DNA of 64,000 bases from Hyphochytrium catenoides (taxonomy: Eukaryota; Protista; Hyphochytriomycota): positions 1 to 64,000 of the forward strand of contig FLMG01000914.1 in NCBI GenBank assembly GCA_900088475.1, read 5' to 3'. Made by a program: the position numbers and the translations under genes. The notes beneath the pieces were generated by a model that saw only the letters and a list, made by a program, of their open reading frames with translations, was not told the DNA's origin and searched no databases. This document shows positions 27,117 through 39,212 of the stretch, piece after piece (positions within the stretch are counted from its first letter, which is position 1; every line of letters begins with the position of its first letter).

Positions 27117-29039
27117 CAGAGGGAATAAAAGAAAGAAGAGGGAGAGAAAGGAAGAGATTGCAAGAGATAGGGTGAGGAGGGTAAACTTCAACTATGCGAG
27201 AGCTTAGGGGAGAAGAACAACGTACGAAACTGACAAGAGAGAGAGAGAGAGAGAGAGACTCAGACCTGATGGATACAAGCGCCCTTGACGATCACCTGCA
27301 ACGGAAAGGGATGACCAGGCACATAGTCGCGGAACAGCCCTAAGAAGTCATAGCCATGAGGCATCACTCGTGAGACGCTCTATCTACGACACAGAGAAAG
27401 ACATGAACCTCACTCACTCCTGGAGCTTCATAAATGGCTCTATGTTTCTCCCTTTATCGCCTTTCTTTCTCTCTCTCTCTTTCCCGTCCTCCTTTCGCTC
27501 TCTCTTTCGCTTGCACTGCCTTCAAATCTCTCTCTTTCTCTCTCATACCCAGTCGTTTTCTATCCCCTTTCTCTCTTCTCGCCCATTGGGTTTCTCTACA
27601 TGTATAGCCCTCCTTCCTGCCTGTGTCCTTCAAAAGTCTCAGTCATGTCTGGAAAACAGTCATCTCCCTCCTCTCTCTCTTTCTCTCTCTCTCTCTCTNN
27701 NNNNNNNNNNNNNNNNNNNNNNNNNNNNNNNNNNNNNNNNNNNNNNNNNNNNNNNNNNNNNNNNNNNNNNNNNNNCTTTCCCCCCAACCCCTCTCTCTCT
27801 CTCTTCCCCCTCCACCCAACCCTTTCTCTCTCCATCAGCTGTCGCGCAGTACTTGCCTCCAATGTAGAGCTTGGTTGGACATCCATCGTGGCAGAAAGCG
27901 ATCTTATAGAAATCTAGCTCCGTGAAGCCCTTCTTACTCTTCTTCCGAGAGGGAAGGGCGCTTTCCGCCGTAGGAGACAGCTGCAAGGCGGTCGTCAAAC
28001 CCACTCTCCATCGCCGATTCTCTGTCTCTCTCTCTCTCTTTTCCATGTCTCTCTCCCTCTCTCTCTCTCTTTCATTCTCTCTCTCCCTGTGGACTCTTCT
28101 CTCATCCTCCGAGAGCTGCCGTACCAGTGAGTTGACTTGCCTCACGAACTGGTCTTTGAACTTCAAATGAATGTGTGGCGGCAACTTCCCGCTCTGCTGG
28201 AGCAAAGACCGAAGGAATGCTGCCACTGTGCGCGAAGAGGAAGAGTGAGAGCTGCCCGGCTGTCCATCCTGAAAGGGAGACAGGCGTCAACAAAGAGAGA
28301 GAGAGAGAGAGAGAGAGGAGATACATACTGAAGGATAAAGAGGAGAGAGGAGTGGAAAAGAGGGAAGAGAAACCTGGACAAAGAGAGAGAGAGAGAGAGT
28401 GGAGAGAGAGAGAGAGAGAGAGAGAAAGAAAGAAAAGAGTAACCGTAGAGACAAGGGCGACTGTAGCTCTTTGGCCCTGGTTCCACTTCTCTGCATCTCC
28501 TGAGGTCCCTGCATTTCCCTTTACTTTCGTCCCATTTTCCTTTCATTCTCTATCACAGTGTCTCTCTCTCTCTCCCTCTCTCTTCCTCTCTCTCCTCTCC
28601 TCTCTCCGTGCTCTCTCTCCTCTCCTCTCTCCGTGCTTTCCACACACACACAGATTCTCCCCCTCTTCCGTGCTGTCGTCCTCTCTCTCACCTGGATATG
28701 CGCTGAATGGTCAGCAAACTTGACGTTATGAAAGTCAAAGATCCTCGTGATGTCCTCTGGCGCCACCGGGAGAGAGAAGTCGCCCACTGAGCGGAAGTAG
28801 ACCAAGCTGCCCACGACGCGCTCCACATACTGACGGGGGAAGACCTCCTCCTCTCTCTCCTCTCCTCTCTCTTCCCCTCTCTCTTCGTCTCCGTCTTTCT
28901 CTCCTTCTCCTGCCGCTCCTGCTCCGTGGTCTCCTAGGAGAACTGACTCTCCTGCCTGATCTTCAGGAGGGAGGGCAACCTCTCCGAGGTCCTGATGTTG
29001 ATTCTGTTGCTCATGGGAAGAGAGAGCGGTCGCCGACAT
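25333..29039 (-). CDS. Unknown N-terminal domain fused to TIGR00725-type SLOG/LOG Rossmann-like nucleotide-binding domain, multi-exon
   Basis: C-terminal exons give KMIGVVGSEDCEE|RLYEIAVQVGALLAKSGCCVVTDGRSGVME|AASKGGKEAGGHTLAVL..ANPYVEYAIATG|MGTASQTILCNSCAAIIAIGGDLHTLAEVSLALFKDKP...|ASTAEEAVEYVL. A continuous frame from ATG 29039 needs one GC-AG intron. Confidence 0.8.
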
Positions 29040-30184
29040 AGTCCTTTCCTCTCTCTCTTCCTCTCTTTCTCTCCCTGCCCTCTCTCTCGGTTTTCTCTCT
29101 CCTTCTCTCTCTCTCTCTCGCATTCACTACATCTCAACGTCTGAATGCTCTAGATGTAAATTGAAAACGAGAGGAGAGAAAGACGTAGACTCTCTCACTC
29201 TTCATCGCTTTTCTCTTCTTCTCTCTCTCTCTCTAACACACTCTCTCTCTAACACTCTCTCTCTCTCTTTCTCTTTCACTTCTCTCCGTCTCTACTTTCG
29301 TTATCTTCTAGCCAGTAAAGACGCACAACGAGCTGCGTGCAGTGAGAAGGCGAGCCAATGGAGGAACAGAGAGAAGAGAGACTCCTACGCTGACGTGACA
29401 GATGTTGCTTCTTCGCCGAAGAGAGACAAGAGGAGGGACAGGTAGATGATGGAGGTTGGAGAGTGATTGTATGCAGGGTTTCAATGAGGACAGAGAGGCA
29501 GAGGCAGAGGGAGGAGGGGAGAGAGAGAAAGAGAGGGAAAGAGAGTGGGAGAGAGAGAGAGAGAGAGAATGAGAGAGAGAGAGAGAGAGAAAGAGATTGA
29601 TGCGAGAAGAAGACGCCGTATCCTTTCACTGATATCGATAAGGCCGTTAGCAGCTGTATGAAGGTGAGTCACACGAAGACTTTCATGAGACAGAGCGCTC
29701 TAATGTCCGCCTTAATATTAAATGTCAGACGATAGAGACAGCGACAGACAATGAGAGACAGAGAGGGAGAGAGACACAGAAAGAGAGAGGGACAGAGACA
29801 GAGAGGGACAGAGACAGAGAGAAAGAGAGAGAAGCGAGAGAGTGAGAGAAAGAGACAGAATCAGAAGAGAAAGTAGCGAGAGAGAGAAGCCAGAGAACAG
29901 AGACAGATAGGGAAAGGGAGAGAGAGGTGCCAAGTTAAGAAAGAGTTGGGAGAGAGACACGAGAGAAAGAGCGTGAAGCTGAGAAGTGATGGCCAAGCTG
30001 TTCGTACGTAGGAAGAACGAGAACAACTTCTGACGCCTGGAGCTGACGAAGAGACAAGGAAGACATTGACATCTCGTGAGAGAGAAGAGAGACATTTCGA
30101 GGAGAAGAGAGTGGCAGAGAGAGAGAGAGAGAGAGATCTGACTAGAAGGCAAGCCTGGTGGCAAGCTCTCTCCTTTGGCGTCTG

Positions 30185-30810
30185 ATGGAGGGCGCCGAAG
30201 GAGGAGAGCGGCCGTCGCTGGTCTCGAATGGTCTCAGTGAAGCTGCAGGGCGCAGTGCTGGGGAAGGGACCAGTAGGAGGACGCCAGGGAAGAAGAGAGA
30301 GAGAGAAAAAGACGTGGCACAGGCGAATTTAATGGGAACAGACAGGTTTGAAGAGACTCTCTCTGTTTCCCACTCTCCTCTTCTACATGTCTCTTCCTTT
30401 CCCTTGTGTCGCGCGTTCGTCTGTCTCTGTCTCTTTCTTTTCCTCTCTCTCTTTCTCTCTCTTTCCCTCTGTCTCTCCCTCCCTCTCTCTCTCTCTCTGT
30501 TCTCTTTCTCTTGTCTCTTTCTTCTCTCTCTCTCTGTTTCTCAGAACTGGGTAGTTGAGATGATGAGCCATAGAAATTTCTCTCTCTATTTCTCTCTCTC
30601 ATTCGCTCTCTCCTCTCTGGTTAATGTTCCTCCTCATGATGTTTTCCTCGCAGGTTCTTGAACGATGGATCCTACGCGCCCATTCTCGAGTCCTCAGCCG
30701 TCCCTAAGGTATCGCCCTGAGCTTTGACCGGATGACATAGAGAGAGAAAGAGATAGCGTGTGTGTGTGGAAGAGGATAAGGGGGAGGACACGAAAGAATA
30801 GAGACAGACC

Positions 30811-30841
<31 letters not shown>

Positions 30842-31895
30842 AAGAAAGAGGCTAGTATAAAAGTTGAAGAGAGAGAAAGACTTTTCGGCAGTCGCTAAAG
30901 GGACATTTTTGGTCTGTCTTCGTAACATCCCCTACCTTGTGCGTCTCTCTCTCTCTCTTCTCTCTCTTCCTCTCTCTTTTTCATCTTCTCTCTCTTGCTC
31001 TCTCTTCGTCCTTCTTCTACATTGGCAGGTCTATGAGGCTGAAGGTGCCCTCCCTTGCTCGTTGGTCCCCATCTTCCTGGACCTGGTACTGGACTCTACA
31101 CGGTTAATAGATCACTTCTCCTGGAACCGGTTAGTCGCCCCTTTCTCTCTCTCTCTCTCTTTCCTTCTCTCTCTCTCCCTCTCTCTCTCTTCTCTTTCTC
31201 TCAAAATGTCTCTCGGGCGTGCACTCCTCCCTATCGGTTGCTCTGTCGCCGCCTGTCTCTGTCGACATTTTTCTCTCTCTTCGTCTCTCTGTCTCTCTAT
31301 CTCTTCGCCTCTCCTGACCCTATCCCTCTCCCTTCCCCCCGGCCATTTACTGTCTGCATCTCTCCTGGCCAGCCATGAGCGGCACATGACTCCGGAGAAG
31401 TTTGCTGCAGGTTTGGTTGATGATCTGAATGTCTCTCCCAAGTTCATTCCTCGGATCGCAGAAGAGATCAGACGCCAGGTGGCGGCAGCAGAGAAAGAAA
31501 TCGAGGTAAAAGTTCTGCTTTTTTTCTTTCTCTCTCTCTCTCTCTCTCTCTCTCATTCACTCTCGCCCTCTCTCTTCCTCTCTCCTCTCTTTCTCCCTTT
31601 TCTTTCTTTCTCTCTCCCTTCCTTCTCTTCTCCCGCTTCCTTTTCGCTCGCAAACATTGAGCGTTCGTGTTCTCTCCTTTCTCTCTCTCCCATGACCTGG
31701 AAGTACGCGGCAAGTGTTGGGTCTGGGATAGGAGGCCTGCATCCCATTCGCCTGAACCTGCGCGTCAAGGACACAATTCTCATAGATCAGTTTGAGGTCA
31801 GGCTTTCAGCGTAATGATGGCTAAAACGAGAAGGGGAGACCAAGAGAAAGAGAAGGAAAGAGAGAGAGGGAGAGAGAGACACGCACACAGAGGCA

Positions 31896-31929
<34 letters not shown>

Positions 31930-33363
31930 CAAGGAAAAGCAGATAGTAAACGGATGTAGGGCTAGGCAGGCAAGGAGAGACGGCGTGTATCCGCGCGCAA
32001 ACGGGACGAGAGCACTGATCAGACAGAGACTTTTCTGAGAAAGGGATTTTTCTGAGGAAGGGGAGAGACAGAGAAGCCAGGAGAAAGGAAGGAGAGAAGA
32101 TAGAAAGAGATACGCAAGGACGTTGATGGAGAGAGACCGTGAGGAGAGAAGACGAGCCATTTCTCACGTCTCTTTCCAATGCCCAGTGGGACTTGTCCAA
32201 TCCCAGTAGAGATCCAGAGCGATTCGCAAGTGGAATGTGTAGAGACTTGGTAAGGTTCCGCTTTTTCTCTCTCTCTCTCTCTCTCTCTGAGGTTAAAAAA
32301 GCTACACTTCTAAAAGTACTACTAACTCATTTCACTCTTCTGACTCTTGCACTTTCTCTCTCACTTTCCTTGTCCGTCGCCCTTCAGGGACTGAGCACGG
32401 AGTGGGAGGCCGCCATCGCCGCAGCGATAAGGGAGCAAGAGCTCTGGTATTTGAAGGTATGTGGACGATGCTCAGCTAGCTGAAGCCCTTCATCTCTTAC
32501 CTTCAGCCATCTGTCTCTCCCTGCCTCTCTCTCTATGTCTCTCCCTGCGCCTCTCTCTCCTTCTGTCTCTCACTTTCTCTTTCTCTCTCCTCCCTCTCTT
32601 CTTGGTCTCCCACTTCCCACTTCTCAAGTTCGTTGCTCTCTCTGTATCTGTGTGTGTCTCTCTCCTCTCTCTCTCTCTCTCTCTTTTCTCACCTTACGTC
32701 GCTTCCCGTCGTGTGCATTTCCCTTTCTTCCTGCCTGGCGTCAAAGGCTCGCAGACTAGGAGTTAAAAATGTCTCGCGCCTACCTCCCGTCAAGCCTGAG
32801 GTAAGAATCTTTCTTTCTCTCTCTCTCCCTCTCTCTCTTCCATCGTTAACGTTGCCCGCCTCTTTCTAACTTTTCGCAGAATGTCTTTAGAGACTTGAAG
32901 CAGGCCCGGCGGTGGAGCCCACACCTTCACTATCTAAATAGAGGAGAACTGGTCGCAGCGGAGAGAGAGCTGGTATTCATTTCTCTTCGCTCTGTCTCTT
33001 CCGCCATCTCTCTCCTGCTGCTCTCGTCACTACTCCTCACGTGCCGCGTCTTCTTACACCACTTCTTGGTCTCAGATTGTGCCCGGCGCTGCCTCGCACG
33101 CGCCAAAAGGTTCTCCGGGTCCGTCCGCCTCTCCTTTGGGCGGATCTTATAGCCCTGCCGCCTCTCGGACCGCCTCTCCTAAGAAGAAGAAGTATCCCGC
33201 AGCCTTCAAACCTGTTAACTCTTTCCTACTCTTCAGCAGGTCAGTTCCCATGGTCGCCTCCATATCTTTCTCTCCCGTTGTCTCTCTTATCTTTTACCGT
33301 CCGGAGTGCTTCTGGCCTTTCAGAATGCTCCTGTTGAACTGTTAGTAAGGGAACTTGCAGAGG

Positions 33364-33413
<50 letters not shown>

Positions 33414-33809
33414 TCTGTCTCTCTCTCTCTCTCTCTGGCAGAGCGTATATCCTTGACAATGCTAGGGTTTGACCGCTGTCTCTTTATGATCGCTACTAGC
33501 GATGTGCGGCCCCAGGTTCTCGCTCTAAACCCGAACACGAATGTCAAAGAGATCTCACGAATCGTAAGCGAAAGATGGAAGGCGGCCGGAGAGGAAGAGC
33601 GATCCAGGTAGAAGAGTCTTCTCCATGCTCTCTCTCCTGTCCATTCTTCTCTCTCTCCACCCCATCCTTCTCTTTTTGTCTGTCTTGGCTGGTTGGGCTT
33701 CTGGCTCATGTCGGGCGGCTTACTCTCTAGGTACCAAGCCCTCGCTATGGCTGAGAACAAGAAGCGATTGCATGAGGTGCAGAGTCAGGCAGAGAGTCAA
33801 GGATCGTAA
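30185..33809 (+). CDS. SNF5: SNF5/SMARCB1/Sfh1-family chromatin remodelling subunit with C-terminal HMG box
   Basis: Repeat 1: LVPIFLDLVLDSTRLIDHFSWN..MTPEKFAAGLVDDL..IAEEIRRQ. Repeat 2: IRLNLRVKDTILIDQFE|WDLSNPSRDPERFASGMCRDL|GLSTEWEAAIAAAIREQ, then WSPHL. HMG box: KPVNSFLLFSSDVRPQVLALNPNTNVKEISRIVSERWKAAGEEERSRYQALA. Confidence 0.85.
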
Positions 33810-34006
33810 GGAGGAACAACTCCTCGTAGCAGCCGCTCTTTTCCTTCTACATCTCGAGGTCAGCAGGGAGAAGATGGAAGCATAAAGGCATAGAATCGGA
33901 CCGGAGCAGCAGAAAATATGGAGTGGGGCAAGTCCCTGATAGTCTGTGGTCAACTGGTATCTCTCACCCCAGCGCTTGGCTGCTCTAACAGCAGCCGCGC
34001 TGGTTG

Positions 34007-34047
34007 TCAAACGCCTCATCTGGGATGAAGACTCTAGTAAGAGAGAC

Positions 34048-34090
<43 letters not shown>

Positions 34091-34494
34091 ATGGATGAAA
34101 GGGTTATAGGCTCTTCTCGCCAACCCCTGCGGGTACGGATCTCATATCCCCTCTTCTTCTCCGAGGCCTGTACTAAGTACAGTTGGAGAAGTCGTCTCGT
34201 GGTCAGTCATTGGAAATGTGATTAGTTGGCCTCCCTGCTTAGAGGCTAATAAAAGAGCGCTCTCGTCCTCTATCTCCTGTCGCCAACGACCCCTGCTATT
34301 GCTATTCAGATCCACAGCCACCTGACCCGATAGCCAGCCTCTAAGCCAACGGCCCTGTACTTCGTATCCACGTTTGCTGAGCCTCTCACTTCGCCTGTGA
34401 AGACCGCCAGGAACGTTAGTAGAGCGAAGAAGGTGACAGTGTCCGCCCATTGGCCGATTCTCCAGTTGAGAGCCGAGAAGCCGAGAGCCATCAT
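34007..34494 (-). CDS. Small single-pass membrane protein, 3 exons (34494-34390, 34172-34125, 34033-34007); possible SELENOK-like selenoprotein ending PR-UGA-GV-stop
   Basis: Two phase-0 GT-AG introns, the second with a typical CT tract, join MMALGFSALNWRIGQWADTVTFFALLTFLAVFTGE + YRPRRRRGDMRSVPAG + SLHPR(TGA)GV(TGA). This gene is absent from the ORF track. Confidence 0.5.
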
Positions 34495-34931
34495 CGGCAA
34501 TGTCGTGCCTTTTCGGAGATTTATTTTCTCAATGACAGAGCTCAATCCCCAGCATTCAGAGTTCTGAAGTTAAGCCGCTAACGGACATCCTCGGCCGCTT
34601 GGCGCGCGTTGCGTGGGTTTTTGAATTATGGGAAGGACAGAGCGTGACAGTCGCTGTTCCAGGCGTTCTGAGGACCATGCAGAGACCTCCAGTTCTTATT
34701 GAGGCTGCTGCTCTGTCGCAGTGTATGTCTATAGTCTATAGGTCAGTGCTATGCGCCGGTCCAAGGGACATCGAGGCAGCAGACTTGATGGGCGCAGGTT
34801 AGGAGGGTAGACACCGCGGGCTGTGCATCCCCCGCGCCCTGCTTCCCATGTTACGAAGAGAAGCTTTCTGAAGATTCGACAGGCAAACTGAGGCTCCCTC
34901 AATAGGAAGGGGAAGCGTAACAGTTCTGGTG

Positions 34932-35994
34932 ATGCAGACCCCTCAGGCAGAGCGACCAGGGTCAGGTGGGCCGTGCGTCGTCTGCGCCATTGAGGCGCCT
35001 CTGTGGATTCTGCCATCCCCGCCTCTGCACCCCAAGACCTGCTTAGTAAAGAAGACGGAGAGCACAGCAGATGGCTGGGACTATCAGCAGCTTGCCCTCT
35101 CCTGGCTGGCAGCCCAAATGCCGAAGTCAGATGTCAATGGGAGCTCTTGTACCTCCTGGACAGGAGGAGAGAATGCAGCGCTCACCTTGCACGAGACAGA
35201 CCTAGAGCTGGGCAACCTGCTGATAGTTCAAGAAGGAGCGGAGTATGAGCTGAGAGAGGCACACCTTCGAGGCTGCTGTCACATAGAGTATCCACTAAGA
35301 GAGACGGCACAGCAGAGAGAAGGCATGGAGAAGCGCAGCGCAGTATGCTTCCTCGTAGAGAGGGAGAAGGAGGACGTCTTTTTCCCTGGCACGCCACTCT
35401 CTCCCCAGTCTCAGGGCCTTGTGAGCTCTCAGGATTGTGAGAAGGACGAGATTAGGAGGAGCCACTGGTGCTTGTTGCTAAGTGGGCTGAGCTTTGAATC
35501 CGCTAAGACATTGATGGACGGACTGCGAATGTACTTCCCTCACCTCTCTCTCTCTTCTTGCCTACTCACGTCTCCTGTTCCGCATCACCCTTCCTCGCTA
35601 TCTTGCCCTCCGGACCGACAGATGGACAGCCAGTCTTCGTACGACGTTCCAAGATACTTCTCTTCTCCTGATCAAGAAAGAAAGCCTCTTAAACGGCCGA
35701 GGATGGCCATTAGCCCCGCCAAGTTCTATACTTCGCCGCCTACCTCTTCAGGTCCCTCTCTTTCTCGACCCAGTCAGGCGCTGCAGTCTTGGCAGAGACG
35801 GATGGAGCTGCTGAAGTCCATTCTGAGGAGGATGCCAGGCGGAGGGCCCAGTGTGGGACCTTTAGAGAGGACGAGTCAGTCTTTTCCCAAGCAGGTCCTG
35901 CACACCATCATCTTCATCTCTTTCATCTGTCACATTCAGGTGGTTCTGTCGTCTGTCATAACCATGAAGTCTTCTTACATTCTAGTCCTCATGT

Positions 35995-36040
<46 letters not shown>

Positions 36041-39000
36041 GCTCAAGAGCTCTCTTGATCTCTCCCTCTTGACCTTTCCCCAGCTTTTAACTTTCAGGTT
36101 CGGTCCTACATTCTTTCAGTCTCTCTACTCTTCGCTTTTGCTCGAAAGCTACTCTTGCTGCTTAGATCCACTGTTGTACTCTTCCAACCTTTAACACTCT
36201 GGCTGCTCCCCACAGTCCATGGCCTTCGACTACTTGGACTCTCTCGTACGGTCGGCTGCCGCAGAGGGCAGGCCCTCAGAGGACCTTCGAGTCTTCTGCT
36301 TTGAGACGCCGTTACATGGGAAGCGGCGCTTTCTAGTATGCGAGATCGGGGCTTTCCTCTGTCAGGTGAGAACTTGACCAAGGTTCTCGCAGCCAGTGAT
36401 TGCCTTCAGGGACGAAGCTTCCCGTCGATTGTCGGTGGAGTTCGCTCTGTTTCTCTCCCTTTTTTGTTTCTTGTCTACTGCTCTTGGCAAGCCCTTCACC
36501 GTCTATTCTCCCCGCTGTCACTTCTTCCTCCAGCCGTCCAATCGCCCATCCAGCGCTTAACGTTTGACCTGCAGTATGCTTCTATGCCTGCAAGCTATCG
36601 ACACGTATACGAGATTGTACGGGAGGGCACACCTTGTCGGCTATACTTCGATATGGGTGAGAGAAAGAGAGAACAGCCAAACAGTTGACACTGATGTACT
36701 TAAATTGCTGTATCTTTCTCCCTTCTTTGACTTAGAGTTTGATCGCTCCCTCAACCAGGCGAGAGATGAAGACTTACTAGTCTCCACGTGGCTCTCCCTG
36801 GTTGGATCACACCTCCTGCGGTCTTTTGGAGTGACTCTGAGAGAAGAAAACGTGCTCCAGTTGGACTCTTCTACTTCCACCAAGTTCAGTCGTCACCTCA
36901 TAGTAAGTGGCAGTAGATAGGATGTCACGTTACGAGGGTCAGATGCTGAGGACAGAGGTCTAGCGGAAAGACGTCTTTCCTTGTATTAGATAGGAGAGGA
37001 GCAAAGACAGTGACTATCATCGTTTTTCCTTTTCTGAACCTCAGATCGACATGGACGGAGCTCTTTTCAAGGACAACCTGCACGCCGGACAGGTGCGCCT
37101 CACAGAGCATAGCTCTGTTGATTCCCTAGGGCCTGTGATCTCATTGTCTGCCCCACGATAACTCGGTGTCTCTTTTTCTTTCTCTCTCTCCTCTCTGTCT
37201 TTCTTTCTGTCTCAAACCTCTCTCTAGTTCTTCCTCTTCTTGCTCGTTACCCTGTCATGATCTTACTTATTCTCTCATCCCGGGCTCCAGTTTGTAAGGG
37301 AGATCGTATACGAGCTAAAGGATAGGGTAGCCCAAGATGACTCCAGTGTCCCAACGGAGAGAGAAGAGACTGGGAACACTTCAGACTTGAAATCTCTCTG
37401 GGTCACTTGCTCTGACAACCAGCAGCGCTTGTTGGTGGACCTGGGCGTCTACACTAGGTAAGGGATATTTTAGGACAGGAAGGGTTTCATTGACAGAAAG
37501 AGAATGAGAGAAGGAATACGAGATAAGGAGGAACAGGCAAGAATCAGGAAACAGGAAAATGAAACCTGGAAGGAGACGTTGAGAGAGACACTGAAAAAAA
37601 AACAGAGATTGAACGAGATGGAAGGAAAGCAAGAAGTCAGTACTTTCTTCACCGCCTCCTCATGCCTAACTTAAAGATATCTGTAGGAATCGAGCCTTTC
37701 GCCTTCCTTATTCTTCAAAGTACGGCAAGCAAGCTTTCCTGCTCCCCATGCCTTTGTCGACGCAGAAGAGCTTCATCAGTTTATCTTTTAAGGAGATTGT
37801 CCTTCGGGCACTTGTCTGCCCCTGTGGCAGGACAGCGCGAGGTAGCAGTGCGAAGCGTGTTAGCTGCGACGGAGGGAAGCGCGGGAGTAGGGAGGAGGAT
37901 AGAGAGGACAAGGAAAGAGGCGGCCAAGAGAGAAAGGAGGAAGAGATTGGAAAGCACGGGGCTTCAGGTATCTCCCTTATCAACAGAAGAGGGAGAGAGT
38001 GGGACAGCGAAGGAGATAGACAGAGGGAAAGGGAGGGAATAAAGAGGGTGAAAGACAGAGAATGGAGAGATAAGGCAACGACCAGGCGGACAAAGCTGAA
38101 TCTCTTATGTGAATGCACTGGAGGCAAGGATCGAGGGATGATGTCTAGCTCTTCTCTCTCTCGCTCTCTCTCTTCTCTCTCTCTCTCTCTCTTTCTCTCT
38201 CCTGGGATGTTGAAAACAACGGCTCCTAGTAGGTTCTAACAATTGTCCCTCGTCAGGCGAGGGACAACAAGTTGCCAGCCACCTTCTATGTATGAGACAA
38301 TTGGACTTGAAAACCACTCGAGAGCTAGGGGCACTGCCCGGCGACCCGGAGACCTACTGCGCTTCGTACAGGAGAGACGGGGAAGAGAGAAGATCCGCCG
38401 GGCAGCGCTTGTCTCCGCCCTTGCTTTCTTTCTCCCAATATAGTCAGGAGTACCGGGCGGGTCAGGTGCCAGTGACATCCTCTTCTTTTGGCAGCTCAAA
38501 GTCTCCCTTCCCGATGGTTGATGACTTCATTGAGTACCTCATCACAAGAGGAACTGTGAAGGTAAACCATGCGGTCCTCTTTCGTGGCTTACACCCCGCT
38601 CTCTCTTTCTTTCTCTCTCAGCCTCTCTACCCTTTCGTTTGGTGGTCTCTATGCCCTCCGACTAGCCCTGGTATCGCTCTCTCTCATACTCCTTCCATTC
38701 CTCTCCATCATCTTCTCTTTCTCTCTCTGTCTGTCTGTCATGTAGGGTGAGATCCGCTCCTGGTCCCTCTCTGGCGCCGGAGTGCAGCAGCGCCTGACAT
38801 ACAGCATCCTTCACTATCGATATTGCCATAACATTGGCAGGCACCATAAAAGCAACAACATCATCCTCGTGGTGGACCTGCAGGCACTTCTCTTCTATCA
38901 AAAGTGCCTAGACCCCGACTGTAGAGAGGTCGATTATCGGTAAAAAGCGGAGCAATAGGGCTCTCTGCTTCCCATGGTTTTTCTTTCCCTCGAATTGACC

Positions 39001-39181
39001 CCTAGATCCCCACTCGTCTCCACTTGAGACTCAGTCTTTCTCTGTTCTATGTCTAAGACATCGGTTCCGTCCTTTCAGGTCCCCACCTACGAAGCTTCCG
39101 GACGAGGTGGTGGCGGCTCTCACGGAGTATTTGGCTTTCCTTTCTTCTGACTCTACGAGTCTAGCAGAGAGAGATTCCTGA
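34932..39181 (+). CDS. PRIMPOL: DNA primase-polymerase PrimPol with long N-terminal extension, multi-exon
   Basis: HVYEIVREGTPCRLYFDME (motif I DxE), KFSRHLI (SxH), FKDNLHAG, VDLGVYTRNRAFRL (hD), and UL52-type Zn finger RYCHNIGRHHKSNNI...QKCLDPDC. Stop TGA at 39179-39181. The start may lie in an upstream exon at 34677. Confidence 0.92.
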
Positions 39182-39212
39182 ACCTTCATCATCTCTCTAA
39201 TCCCTGTAGAGC

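Noticed and set aside
28445-28720. Apparent frameshift between the first exons of the SLOG gene
   Set aside because: Resolved by the upstream TAG acceptor at ~28551, which gives a continuous frame
33790-33960. Canonical SECIS for the candidate selenoprotein
   Set aside because: No AUGA...AA...GA element with a proper helix II could be folded by eye on the minus strand
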